Shown: positions 1 through 12,000 of the stretch, one piece after another
Numbering within the stretch: the first letter of the stretch is position 1
How the letters are laid out: every line of letters starts with the position of its first letter
DNA from: Rebecca billardiae RCC1528
Lineage: Eukaryota > Protista > Haptophyta
Assembly (NCBI GenBank): GCA_965240325.2
Contig: OZ251235.1
Location: forward strand, 682,001 to 746,000
DNA: 64,000 bases
Direction: 5' to 3'
The notes under the pieces: model-generated
The model's database searches: none
The model's input: the letters and a program-made list of their open reading frames with translations, nothing else
What the model was told of the DNA's origin: nothing
Position numbers and translations under genes: made by a program

Positions 1-3000
1 CCGCCCTGTCCCATCGGCGCCCTTCGACCCGCCTCGGCGGCTCGCTCCTCCGGCGCGCGCTCCGCCGCGGCGAGCGCCGCCGCCGGCCTGCAGCGCGCGG
101 CAGAGCGCGGCGGCGCGGCGGCGCGCGGCGGCTCGACTTGCCCGCGGCCCAGCGCCCCCGAGGCCCGGGGCGGGCGGCCCGGCGCGCGGCGCGACGGCCG
201 GGGGTGCGCGCGAGGGCCGCCCTGTCCCATCGGCGCCCTTTGACCCGCCTCGGCGGCTCGCTCCTTCGGCGCCCGCTCCGTCTCGGCGAGCGCCGCCGGC
301 ATGCAGCGCGCGGCAGAGCGCGCCGGCGGCTCGACTTGCCCGCGCCCGACGGCCCAACGCCCCCGGGGCCCGGGGCGGGCGGCCCGGCGCGCGGCGTGAC
401 GGCCGGGGGTGCGCGCGAGGGCCGCCCTGTCCCATCGGCGCCCTTCGACCCGCCTCGGCGGCTCGCTCCTCCGGCGCGCGCTCCGCCGCGGCGAGCGCCG
501 CCGCCGGCCTGCAGCGCGCGGCAGAGCGCGCCGGCGGCTCGACTTGCCCGCTGCCCGCGGCCCAGCGCCCCCGAGGCCCGGGGCGGGCGGCCCGGCGCGC
601 GGCGTGACGGCCGGGGGTGCGCGCGAGGGCCGCCCTGTCCCATCGGCGCCCTTCGACCCGCCTCGGCGGCTCGCTCCTCCGGCGCGCGCTCCGTCTCGGC
701 GAGCGCCGCCGCCGGCCTGCAGCGCGCGGCAGAGCGCGCCGGCGGCTCGACTTGCCCGCTGCCCGCGGCCCAGCGCCCCCGAGGCCCGGGGCGGGCGGCC
801 CGGCGCGCGGCGTGACGGCCGGGGGTGCGCGCGAGGGCCGCCCTGTCCCATCGGCGCCCTTTGACCTGCCTCGGCGGCTCGCTCCTTCGGCGCGCGCTCC
901 GCCGCGCGCCGCCGGCCTGCAGCGCGCGGCAGAGCGCGGCGGCGCGCCGGCGGCTCGACTTGCCCGCTGCCCGCGGCCCAACGCCCCCGAGGCCCGGGGC
1001 GGGCGGCCCGGCGCGCGGCGCGACGGCCGGGGGTGCGCGCGAGGGCCGCCCTGTTCCCATCGGCGCCCTTTGACCCGCCTCGGCGGCTCGCTCCTTCGGC
1101 GCCCGCTCCGTCTCGGCGAGCGCCGCCGGCATGCAGCGCGCGGCAGAGCGCGCCGGCGGCTCGACTTGCCCGCGCCCGACGGCCCAACGCCCCCGGGGCC
1201 CGGGGCGGGCGGCCCGGCGCGCGGCGTGACGGCCGGGGGTGCGCGCGAGGGCCGCCCTGTCCCATCGGCGCCCTTCGACCCGCCTCGGCGGCTCGCTCCT
1301 CCGGCGCGCGCTCCGTCTCGGCGAGCGCCGCCGCCGGCCTGCAGCGCGCGGCAGAGCGCGCCGGCGGCTCGACTTGCCCGCTGCCCGCGGCCCAGCGCCC
1401 CCGAGGCCCGGGGCGGGCGGCCCGGCGCGCGGCGTGACGGCCGGGGGTGCGCGCGAGGGCCGCCCTGTCCCATCGGCGCCCTTTGACCTGCCTCGGCGGC
1501 TCGCTCCTTCGGCGCCCGCTCCGTCTCGGCGAGCGCCGCCGGCATGCAGCGCGCGGCAGAGCGCGCCGGCGGCTCGACTTGCCCGCGCCCGACGGCCCAA
1601 CGCCCCCGGGGCCCGGGGCGGGCGGCCCGGCGCGCGGCGTGACGGCCGGGGGTGCGCGCGAGGGCCGCCCTGTCCCATCGGCGCCCTTCGACCCGCCTCG
1701 GCGGCTCGCTCTTCCGGCGCGCGCTCCGCCGCGGCGAGCGCCGCCGCCGGCCTGCAGCGCGCGGCAGAGCGCGGCGGCGCGGCGGCGCGCGGCGGCTCGA
1801 CTTGCCCGCGGCCCAGCGCCCCCGAGGCCCGGGGCGGGCGGCCCGGCGCGCGGCGTGACGGCCGGGGGTGCGCGCGAGGGCCGCCCTGTCCCATCGGCGC
1901 CCTTTGACCCGCCTCGGCGGCTCGCTCCTTCGGCGCCCGCTCCGTCTCGGCGAGCGCCGCCGGCATGCAGCGCGCGGCAGAGCGCGCCGGCGGCTCGACT
2001 TGCCCGCGCCCGACGGCCCAACGCCCCCGGGGCCCGGGGCGGGCGGCCCGGCGCGCGGCGTGACGGCCGGGGGTGCGCGCGAGGGCCGCCCTGTCCCATC
2101 GGCGCCCTTCGACCCGCCTCGGCGGCTCGCTCCTCCGGCGCGCGCTCCGCCGCGGCGAGCGCCGCCGCCGGCCTGCAGCGCGCGGCAGAGCGCGGCGGCG
2201 CGGCGGCGCGCGGCGGCTCGACTTGCCCGCGGCCCAGCGCCCCCGAGGCCCGGGGCGGGCGGCCCGGCGCGCGGCGTGACGGCCGGGGGTGCGCGCGAGG
2301 GCCGCCCTGTCCCATCGGCGCCCTTCGACCCGCCTCGGCGGCTCGCTCCTCCGGCGCGCGCTCCGCCGCGGCGAGCGCCGCCGCCGGCCTGCAGCGCGCG
2401 GCAGAGCGCGGCGGCGCGGCGGCGCGCGGCGGCTCGACTTGCCCGCGGCCCAGCGCCCCCGAGGCCCGGGGCGGGCGGCCCGGCGCGCGGCGTGACGGCC
2501 GGGGGTGCGCGCGAGGGCCGCCCTGTCCCATCGGCGCCCTTTGACCCGCCTCGGCGGCTCGCTCCTTCGGCGCGCGCTCCGCCGCGCGCCGCCGGCCTGC
2601 AGCGCGCGGCAGAGCGCGGCGGCGCGGCGGCGCGCGACTTGCCCGCTGCCCGCGGCCCAGCGCCCCCGAGGCCCGGGGCGGGCGGCCCGGCGCGCGGCGT
2701 GACGGCCGGGGGTGCGCGCGAGGGCCGCCCTGTCCCATCGGCGCCCTTCGACCCGCCTCGGCGGCTCGCTCCTCCGGCGCGCGCTCCGTCTCGGCGAGCG
2801 CCGCCGCCGGCCTGCAGCGCGCGGCAGAGCGCGCCGGCGGCTCGACTTGCCCGCTGCCCGCGGCCCAACGCCCCCGAGGCCCGGGGCGGGCGGCCCGGCG
2901 CGCGGCGCGACGGCCGGGGGTGCGCGCGAGGGCCGCCCTGTCCCATCGGCGCCCTTTGACCCGCCTCGGCGGCTCGCTCCTTCGGCGCCCGCTCCGTCTC

Positions 3001-6000
3001 GGCGAGCGCCGCCGGCATGCAGCGCGCGGCAGAGCGCGCCGGCGGCTCGACTTGCCCGCGCCCGACGGCCCAACGCCCCCGGGGCCCGGGGCGGGCGGCC
3101 CGGCGCGCGGCGTGACGGCCGGGGGTGCGCGCGAGGGCCGCCCTGTCCCATCGGCGCCCTTCGACCCGCCTCGGCGGCTCGCTCCTCCGGCGCGCGCTCC
3201 GCCGCGGCGAGCGCCGCCGCCGGCCTGCAGCGCGCGGCAGAGCGCGGCGGCGCGGCGGCGCGCGGCGGCTCGACTTGCCCGCGGCCCAGCGCCCCCGAGG
3301 CCCGGGGCGGGCGGCCCGGCGCGCGGCGCGACGGCCGGGGGTGCGCGCGAGGGCCGCCCTGTCCCATCGGCGCCCTTTGACCCGCCTCGGCGGCTCGCTC
3401 CTTCGGCGCCCGCTCCGTCTCGGCGAGCGCCGCCGGCATGCAGCGCGCGGCAGAGCGCGCCGGCGGCTCGACTTGCCCGCGCCCGACGGCCCAACGCCCC
3501 CGGGGCCCGGGGCGGGCGGCCCGGCGCGCGGCGTGACGGCCGGGGGTGCGCGCGAGGGCCGCCCTGTCCCATCGGCGCCCTTCGACCCGCCTCGGCGGCT
3601 CGCTCCTCCGGCGCGCGCTCCGCCGCGGCGAGCGCCGCCGCCGGCCTGCAGCGCGCGGCAGAGCGCGCCGGCGGCTCGACTTGCCCGCTGCCCGCGGCCC
3701 AGCGCCCCCGAGGCCCGGGGCGGGCGGCCCGGCGCGCGGCGTGACGGCCGGGGGTGCGCGCGAGGGCCGCCCTGTCCCATCGGCGCCCTTCGACCCGCCT
3801 CGGCGGCTCGCTCCTCCGGCGCGCGCTCCGTCTCGGCGAGCGCCGCCGCCGGCCTGCAGCGCGCGGCAGAGCGCGCCGGCGGCTCGACTTGCCCGCTGCC
3901 CGCGGCCCAGCGCCCCCGAGGCCCGGGGCGGGCGGCCCGGCGCGCGGCGTGACGGCCGGGGGTGCGCGCGAGGGCCGCCCTGTCCCATCGGCGCCCTTTG
4001 ACCTGCCTCGGCGGCTCGCTCCTTCGGCGCGCGCTCCGCCGCGCGCCGCCGGCCTGCAGCGCGCGGCAGAGCGCGGCGGCGCGCCGGCGGCTCGACTTGC
4101 CCGCTGCCCGCGGCCCAACGCCCCCGAGGCCCGGGGCGGGCGGCCCGGCGCGCGGCGCGACGGCCGGGGGTGCGCGCGAGGGCCGCCCTGTTCCCATCGG
4201 CGCCCTTTGACCCGCCTCGGCGGCTCGCTCCTTCGGCGCCCGCTCCGTCTCGGCGAGCGCCGCCGGCATGCAGCGCGCGGCAGAGCGCGCCGGCGGCTCG
4301 ACTTGCCCGCGCCCGACGGCCCAACGCCCCCGGGGCCCGGGGCGGGCGGCCCGGCGCGCGGCGTGACGGCCGGGGGTGCGCGCGAGGGCCGCCCTGTCCC
4401 ATCGGCGCCCTTCGACCCGCCTCGGCGGCTCGCTCCTCCGGCGCGCGCTCCGTCTCGGCGAGCGCCGCCGCCGGCCTGCAGCGCGCGGCAGAGCGCGCCG
4501 GCGGCTCGACTTGCCCGCTGCCCGCGGCCCAACGCCCCCGAGGCCCGGGGCGGGCGGCCCGGCGCGCGGCGTGACGGCCGGGGGTGCGCGCGAGGGCCGC
4601 CCTGTCCCATCGGCGCCCTTTGACCTGCCTCGGCGGCTCGCTCCTTCGGCGCCCGCTCCGTCTCGGCGAGCGCCGCCGGCATGCAGCGCGCGGCAGAGCG
4701 CGCCGGCGGCTCGACTTGCCCGCGCCCGACGGCCCAACGCCCCCGGGGCCCGGGGCGGGCGGCCCGGCGCGCGGCGTGACGGCCGGGGGTGCGCGCGAGG
4801 GCCGCCCTGTCCCATCGGCGCCCTTCGACACGCCTCGGCGGCTCGCTCCTCCGGCGCGCGCTCCGCCGCGGCGAGCGCCGCCGCCGGCCTGCAGCGCGCG
4901 GCAGAGCGCGGCGGCGCGGCGGCGCGCGGCGGCTCGACTTGCCCGCGGCCCAGCGCCCCCGAGGCCCGGGGCGGGCGGCCCGGCGCGCGGCGTGACGGCC
5001 GGGGGTGCGCGCGAGGGCCGCCCTGTCCCATCGGCGCCCTTTGACCCGCCTCGGCGGCTCGCTCCTTCGGCGCCCGCTCCGTCTCGGCGAGCGCCGCCGG
5101 CATGCAGCGCGCGGCAGAGCGCGCCGGCGGCTCGACTTGCCCGCGCCCGACGGCCCAACGCCCCCGGGGCCCGGGGCGGGCGGCCCGGCGCGCGGCGTGA
5201 CGGCCGGGGGTGCGCGCGAGGGCCGCCCTGTCCCATCGGCGCCCTTCGACCCGCCTCGGCGGCTCGCTCCTCCGGCGCGCGCTCCGCCGCGGCGAGCGCC
5301 GCCGCCGGCCTGCAGCGCGCGGCAGAGCGCGCCGGCGGCTCGACTTGCCCGCTGCCCGCGGCCCAGCGCCCCCGAGGCCCGGGGCGGGCGGCCCGGCGCG
5401 CGGCGTGACGGCCGGGGGTGCGCGCGAGGGCCGCCCTGTCCCATCGGCGCCCTTCGACCCGCCTCGGCGGCTCGCTCCTCCGGCGCGCGCTCCGTCTCGG
5501 CGAGCGCCGCCGCCGGCCTGCAGCGCGCGGCAGAGCGCGCCGGCGGCTCGACTTGCCCGCTGCCCGCGGCCCAGCGCCCCCGAGGCCCGGGGCGGGCGGC
5601 CCGGCGCGCGGCGTGACGGCCGGGGGTGCGCGCGAGGGCCGCCCTGTCCCATCGGCGCCCTTTGACCTGCCTCGGCGGCTCGCTCCTTCGGCGCGCGCTC
5701 CGCCGCGCGCCGCCGGCCTGCAGCGCGCGGCAGAGCGCGGCGGCGCGGCGGCGCGCGACTTGCCCGCTGCCCGCGGCCCAGCGCCCCCGAGGCCCGGGGC
5801 GGGCGGCCCGGCGCGCGGCGTGACGGCCGGGGGTGCGCGCGAGGGCCGCCCTGTCCCATCGGCGCCCTTCGACCCGCCTCGGCGGCTCGCTCCTCCGGCG
5901 CGCGCTCCGCCGCGGCGAGCGCCGCCGCCGGCCTGCAGCGCGCGGCAGAGCGCGGCGGCGCGGCGGCGCGCGGCGGCTCGACTTGCCCGCGGCCCAGCGC

Positions 6001-9000
6001 CCCCGAGGCCCGGGGCGGGCGGCCCGGCGCGCGGCGTGACGGCCGGGGGTGCGCGCGAGGGCCGCCCTGTCCCATCGGCGCCCTTTGACCCGCCTCGGCG
6101 GCTCGCTCCTTCGGCGCGCGCTCCGTCTCGGTGAGCGCCGCCGCCGGCCTGCAGCGCGCGGCAGAGCGCGGCGGCGCGGCGGCGCGCGACTTGCCCGCTG
6201 CCCGCGGCCCAGCGCCCCCGAGGCCCGGGGCGGGCGGCCCGGCGCGCGGCGTGACGGCCGGGGGTGCGCGCGAGGGCCGCCCTGTCCCATCGGCGCCCTT
6301 CGACCCGCCTCGGCGGCTCGCTCCTCCGGCGCGCGCTCCGTCTCGGCGAGCGCCGCCGCCGGCCTGCAGCGCGCGGCAGAGCGCGGCGGCGCGGCGGCGC
6401 GCGGCGGCTCGACTTGCCCGCGGCCCAGCGCCCCCGAGGCCCGGGGCGGGCGGCCCGGCGCGCGGCGTGACGGCCGGGGGTGCGCGCGAGGGCCGCCCTG
6501 TCCCATCGGCGCCCTTTGACCCGCCTCGGCGGCTCGCTCCTTCGGCGCGCGCTCCGCCGCGCGCCGCCGGCCTGCAGCGCGCGGCAGAGCGCGGCGGCGC
6601 GGCGGCGCGCGACTTGCCCGCTGCCCGCGGCCCAGCGCCCCCGAGGCCCGGGGCGGGCGGCCCGGCGCGCGGCGTGACGGCCGGGGGTGCGCGCGAGGGC
6701 CGCCCTGTCCCATCGGCGCCCTTCGACCCGCCTCGGCGGCTCGCTCCTCCGGCGCGCGCTCCGTCTCGGCGAGCGCCGCCGCCGGCCTGCAGCGCGCGGC
6801 AGAGCGCGGCGGCGCGGCGGCGCGCGGCGGCTCGACTTGCCCGCGGCCCAGCGCCCCCGAGGCCCGGGGCGGGCGGCCCGGCGCGCGGCGTGACGGCCGG
6901 GGGTGCGCGCGAGGGCCGCCCTGTCCCATCGGCGCCCTTTGACCCGCCTCGGCGGCTCGCTCCTTCGGCGCGCGCTCCGTCTCGGTGAGCGCCGCCGCCG
7001 GCCTGCAGCGCGCGGCAGAGCGCGGCGGCGCGGCGGCGCGCGACTTGCCCGCTGCCCGCGGCCCAGCGCCCCCGAGGCCCGGGGCGGGCGGCCCGGCGCG
7101 CGGCGTGACGGCCGGGGGTGCGCGCGAGGGCCGCCCTGTCCCATCGGCGCCCTTTGACCCGCCTCGGCGGCTCGCTCCTCCGGCGCGCGCTCCGTCTCGG
7201 CGAGCGCCGCCGCCGGCCTGCAGCGCGCGGCAGAGCGCGCCGGCGGCTCGACTTGCCCGCTGCCCGCGGCCCAACGCCCCCGAGGCCCGGGGCGGGCGGC
7301 CCGGCGCGCGGCGCGACGGCCGGGGGTGCGCGCGAGGGCCGCCCTGTCCCATCGGCGCCCTTTGACCCGCCTCGGCGGCTCGCTCCTTCGGCGCCCGCTC
7401 CGTCTCGGCGAGCGCCGCCGGCATGCAGCGCGCGGCAGAGCGCGCCGGCGGCTCGACTTGCCCGCGCCCGACGGCCCAACGCCCCCGGGGCCCGGGGCGG
7501 GCGGCCCGGCGCGCGGCGTGACGGCCGGGGGTGCGCGCGAGGGCCGCCCTGTCCCATCGGCGCCCTTCGACCCGCCTCGGCGGCTCGCTCCTCCGGCGCG
7601 CGCTCCGCCGCGGCGAGCGCCGCCGCCGGCCTGCAGCGCGCGGCAGAGCGCGGCGGCGCGGCGGCGCGCGGCGGCTCGACTTGCCCGCGGCCCAGCGCCC
7701 CCGAGGCCCGGGGCGGGCGGCCCGGCGCGCGGCGTGACGGCCGGGGGTGCGCGCGAGGGCCGCCCTGTCCCATCGGCGCCCTTTGACCCGCCTCGGCGGC
7801 TCGCTCCTTCGGCGCGCGCTCCGTCTCGGTGAGCGCCGCCGCCGGCCTGCAGCGCGCGGCAGAGCGCGGCGGCGCGGCGGCGCGCGACTTGCCCGCTGCC
7901 CGCGGCCCAGCGCCCCCGAGGCCCGGGGCGGGCGGCCCGGCGCGCGGCGTGACGGCCGGGGGTGCGCGCGAGGGCCGCCCTGTCCCATCGGCGCCCTTCG
8001 ACCCGCCTCGGCGGCTCGCTCCTCCGGCGCGCGCTCCGCCGCGGCGAGCGCCGCCGCCGGCCTGCAGCGCGCGGCAGAGCGCGGCGGCGCGGCGGCGCGC
8101 GGCGGCTCGACTTGCCCGCGGCCCAGCGCCCCCGAGGCCCGGGGCGGGCGGCCCGGCGCGCGGCGTGACGGCCGGGGGTGCGCGCGAGGGCCGCCCTGTC
8201 CCATCGGCGCCCTTTGACCCGCCTCGGCGGCTCGCTCCTTCGGCGCGCGCTCCGCCGCGCGCCGCCGGCCTGCAGCGCGCGGCAGAGCGCGGCGGCGCGG
8301 CGGCGCGCGACTTGCCCGCTGCCCGCGGCCCAGCGCCCCCGAGGCCCGGGGCGGGCGGCCCGGCGCGCGGCGTGACGGCCGGGGGTGCGCGCGAGGGCCG
8401 CCCTGTCCCATCGGCGCCCTTCGACCCGCCTCGGCGGCTCGCTCCTCCGGCGCGCGCTCCGTCTCGGCGAGCGCCGCCGCCGGCCTGCAGCGCGCGGCAG
8501 AGCGCGCCGGCGGCTCGACTTGCCCGCTGCCCGCGGCCCAACGCCCCCGAGGCCCGGGGCGGGCGGCCCGGCGCGCGGCGCGACGGCCGGGGGTGCGCGC
8601 GAGGGCCGCCCTGTCCCATCGGCGCCCTTTGACCCGCCTCGGCGGCTCGCTCCTTCGGCGCCCGCTCCGTCTCGGCGAGCGCCGCCGGCATGCAGCGCGC
8701 GGCAGAGCGCGCCGGCGGCTCGACTTGCCCGCGCCCGACGGCCCAACGCCCCCGGGGCCCGGGGCGGGCGGCCCGGCGCGCGGCGTGACGGCCGGGGGTG
8801 CGCGCGAGGGCCGCCCTGTCCCATCGGCGCCCTTCGACCCGCCTCGGCGGCTCGCTCCTCCGGCGCGCGCTCCGCCGCGGCGAGCGCCGCCGCCGGCCTG
8901 CAGCGCGCGGCAGAGCGCGGCGGCGCGGCGGCGCGCGGCGGCTCGACTTGCCCGCGGCCCAGCGCCCCCGAGGCCCGGGGCGGGCGGCCCGGCGCGCGGC

Positions 9001-12000
9001 GCGACGGCCGGGGGTGCGCGCGAGGGCCGCCCTGTCCCATCGGCGCCCTTTGACCCGCCTCGGCGGCTCGCTCCTTCGGCGCCCGCTCCGTCTCGGCGAG
9101 CGCCGCCGGCATGCAGCGCGCGGCAGAGCGCGCCGGCGGCTCGACTTGCCCGCGCCCGACGGCCCAACGCCCCCGGGGCCCGGGGCGGGCGGCCCGGCGC
9201 GCGGCGTGACGGCCGGGGGTGCGCGCGAGGGCCGCCCTGTCCCATCGGCGCCCTTCGACCCGCCTCGGCGGCTCGCTCCTCCGGCGCGCGCTCCGCCGCG
9301 GCGAGCGCCGCCGCCGGCCTGCAGCGCGCGGCAGAGCGCGCCGGCGGCTCGACTTGCCCGCTGCCCGCGGCCCAGCGCCCCCGAGGCCCGGGGCGGGCGG
9401 CCCGGCGCGCGGCGTGACGGCCGGGGGTGCGCGCGAGGGCCGCCCTGTCCCATCGGCGCCCTTCGACCCGCCTCGGCGGCTCGCTCCTCCGGCGCGCGCT
9501 CCGTCTCGGCGAGCGCCGCCGCCGGCCTGCAGCGCGCGGCAGAGCGCGCCGGCGGCTCGACTTGCCCGCTGCCCGCGGCCCAGCGCCCCCGAGGCCCGGG
9601 GCGGGCGGCCCGGCGCGCGGCGTGACGGCCGGGGGTGCGCGCGAGGGCCGCCCTGTCCCATCGGCGCCCTTTGACCTGCCTCGGCGGCTCGCTCCTTCGG
9701 CGCGCGCTCCGCCGCGCGCCGCCGGCCTGCAGCGCGCGGCAGAGCGCGGCGGCGCGCCGGCGGCTCGACTTGCCCGCTGCCCGCGGCCCAACGCCCCCGA
9801 GGCCCGGGGCGGGCGGCCCGGCGCGCGGCGCGACGGCCGGGGGTGCGCGCGAGGGCCGCCCTGTTCCCATCGGCGCCCTTTGACCCGCCTCGGCGGCTCG
9901 CTCCTTCGGCGCCCGCTCCGTCTCGGCGAGCGCCGCCGGCATGCAGCGCGCGGCAGAGCGCGCCGGCGGCTCGACTTGCCCGCGCCCGACGGCCCAACGC
10001 CCCCGGGGCCCGGGGCGGGCGGCCCGGCGCGCGGCGTGACGGCCGGGGGTGCGCGCGAGGGCCGCCCTGTCCCATCGGCGCCCTTCGACCCGCCTCGGCG
10101 GCTCGCTCCTCCGGCGCGCGCTCCGTCTCGGCGAGCGCCGCCGCCGGCCTGCAGCGCGCGGCAGAGCGCGCCGGCGGCTCGACTTGCCCGCTGCCCGCGG
10201 CCCAGCGCCCCCGAGGCCCGGGGCGGGCGGCCCGGCGCGCGGCGTGACGGCCGGGGGTGCGCGCGAGGGCCGCCCTGTCCCATCGGCGCCCTTTGACCTG
10301 CCTCGGCGGCTCGCTCCTTCGGCGCCCGCTCCGTCTCGGCGAGCGCCGCCGGCATGCAGCGCGCGGCAGAGCGCGCCGGCGGCTCGACTTGCCCGCGCCC
10401 GACGGCCCAACGCCCCCGGGGCCCGGGGCGGGCGGCCCGGCGCGCGGCGTGACGGCCGGGGGTGCGCGCGAGGGCCGCCCTGTCCCATCGGCGCCCTTCG
10501 ACCCGCCTCGGCGGCTCGCTCTTCCGGCGCGCGCTCCGCCGCGGCGAGCGCCGCCGCCGGCCTGCAGCGCGCGGCAGAGCGCGGCGGCGCGGCGGCGCGC
10601 GGCGGCTCGACTTGCCCGCGGCCCAGCGCCCCCGAGGCCCGGGGCGGGCGGCCCGGCGCGCGGCGTGACGGCCGGGGGTGCGCGCGAGGGCCGCCCTGTC
10701 CCATCGGCGCCCTTTGACCCGCCTCGGCGGCTCGCTCCTTCGGCGCCCGCTCCGTCTCGGCGAGCGCCGCCGGCATGCAGCGCGCGGCAGAGCGCGCCGG
10801 CGGCTCGACTTGCCCGCGCCCGACGGCCCAACGCCCCCGGGGCCCGGGGCGGGCGGCCCGGCGCGCGGCGTGACGGCCGGGGGTGCGCGCGAGGGCCGCC
10901 CTGTCCCATCGGCGCCCTTCGACCCGCCTCGGCGGCTCGCTCCTCCGGCGCGCGCTCCGCCGCGGCGAGCGCCGCCGCCGGCCTGCAGCGCGCGGCAGAG
11001 CGCGGCGGCGCGGCGGCGCGCGGCGGCTCGACTTGCCCGCGGCCCAGCGCCCCCGAGGCCCGGGGCGGGCGGCCCGGCGCGCGGCGTGACGGCCGGGGGT
11101 GCGCGCGAGGGCCGCCCTGTCCCATCGGCGCCCTTCGACCCGCCTCGGCGGCTCGCTCCTCCGGCGCGCGCTCCGCCGCGGCGAGCGCCGCCGCCGGCCT
11201 GCAGCGCGCGGCAGAGCGCGGCGGCGCGGCGGCGCGCGGCGGCTCGACTTGCCCGCGGCCCAGCGCCCCCGAGGCCCGGGGCGGGCGGCCCGGCGCGCGG
11301 CGTGACGGCCGGGGGTGCGCGCGAGGGCCGCCCTGTCCCATCGGCGCCCTTTGACCCGCCTCGGCGGCTCGCTCCTTCGGCGCGCGCTCCGCCGCGCGCC
11401 GCCGGCCTGCAGCGCGCGGCAGAGCGCGGCGGCGCGGCGGCGCGCGACTTGCCCGCTGCCCGCGGCCCAGCGCCCCCGAGGCCCGGGGCGGGCGGCCCGG
11501 CGCGCGGCGTGACGGCCGGGGGTGCGCGCGAGGGCCGCCCTGTCCCATCGGCGCCCTTCGACCCGCCTCGGCGGCTCGCTCCTCCGGCGCGCGCTCCGTC
11601 TCGGCGAGCGCCGCCGCCGGCCTGCAGCGCGCGGCAGAGCGCGCCGGCGGCTCGACTTGCCCGCTGCCCGCGGCCCAACGCCCCCGAGGCCCGGGGCGGG
11701 CGGCCCGGCGCGCGGCGCGACGGCCGGGGGTGCGCGCGAGGGCCGCCCTGTCCCATCGGCGCCCTTTGACCCGCCTCGGCGGCTCGCTCCTTCGGCGCCC
11801 GCTCCGTCTCGGCGAGCGCCGCCGGCATGCAGCGCGCGGCAGAGCGCGCCGGCGGCTCGACTTGCCCGCGCCCGACGGCCCAACGCCCCCGGGGCCCGGG
11901 GCGGGCGGCCCGGCGCGCGGCGTGACGGCCGGGGGTGCGCGCGAGGGCCGCCCTGTCCCATCGGCGCCCTTCGACCCGCCTCGGCGGCTCGCTCCTCCGG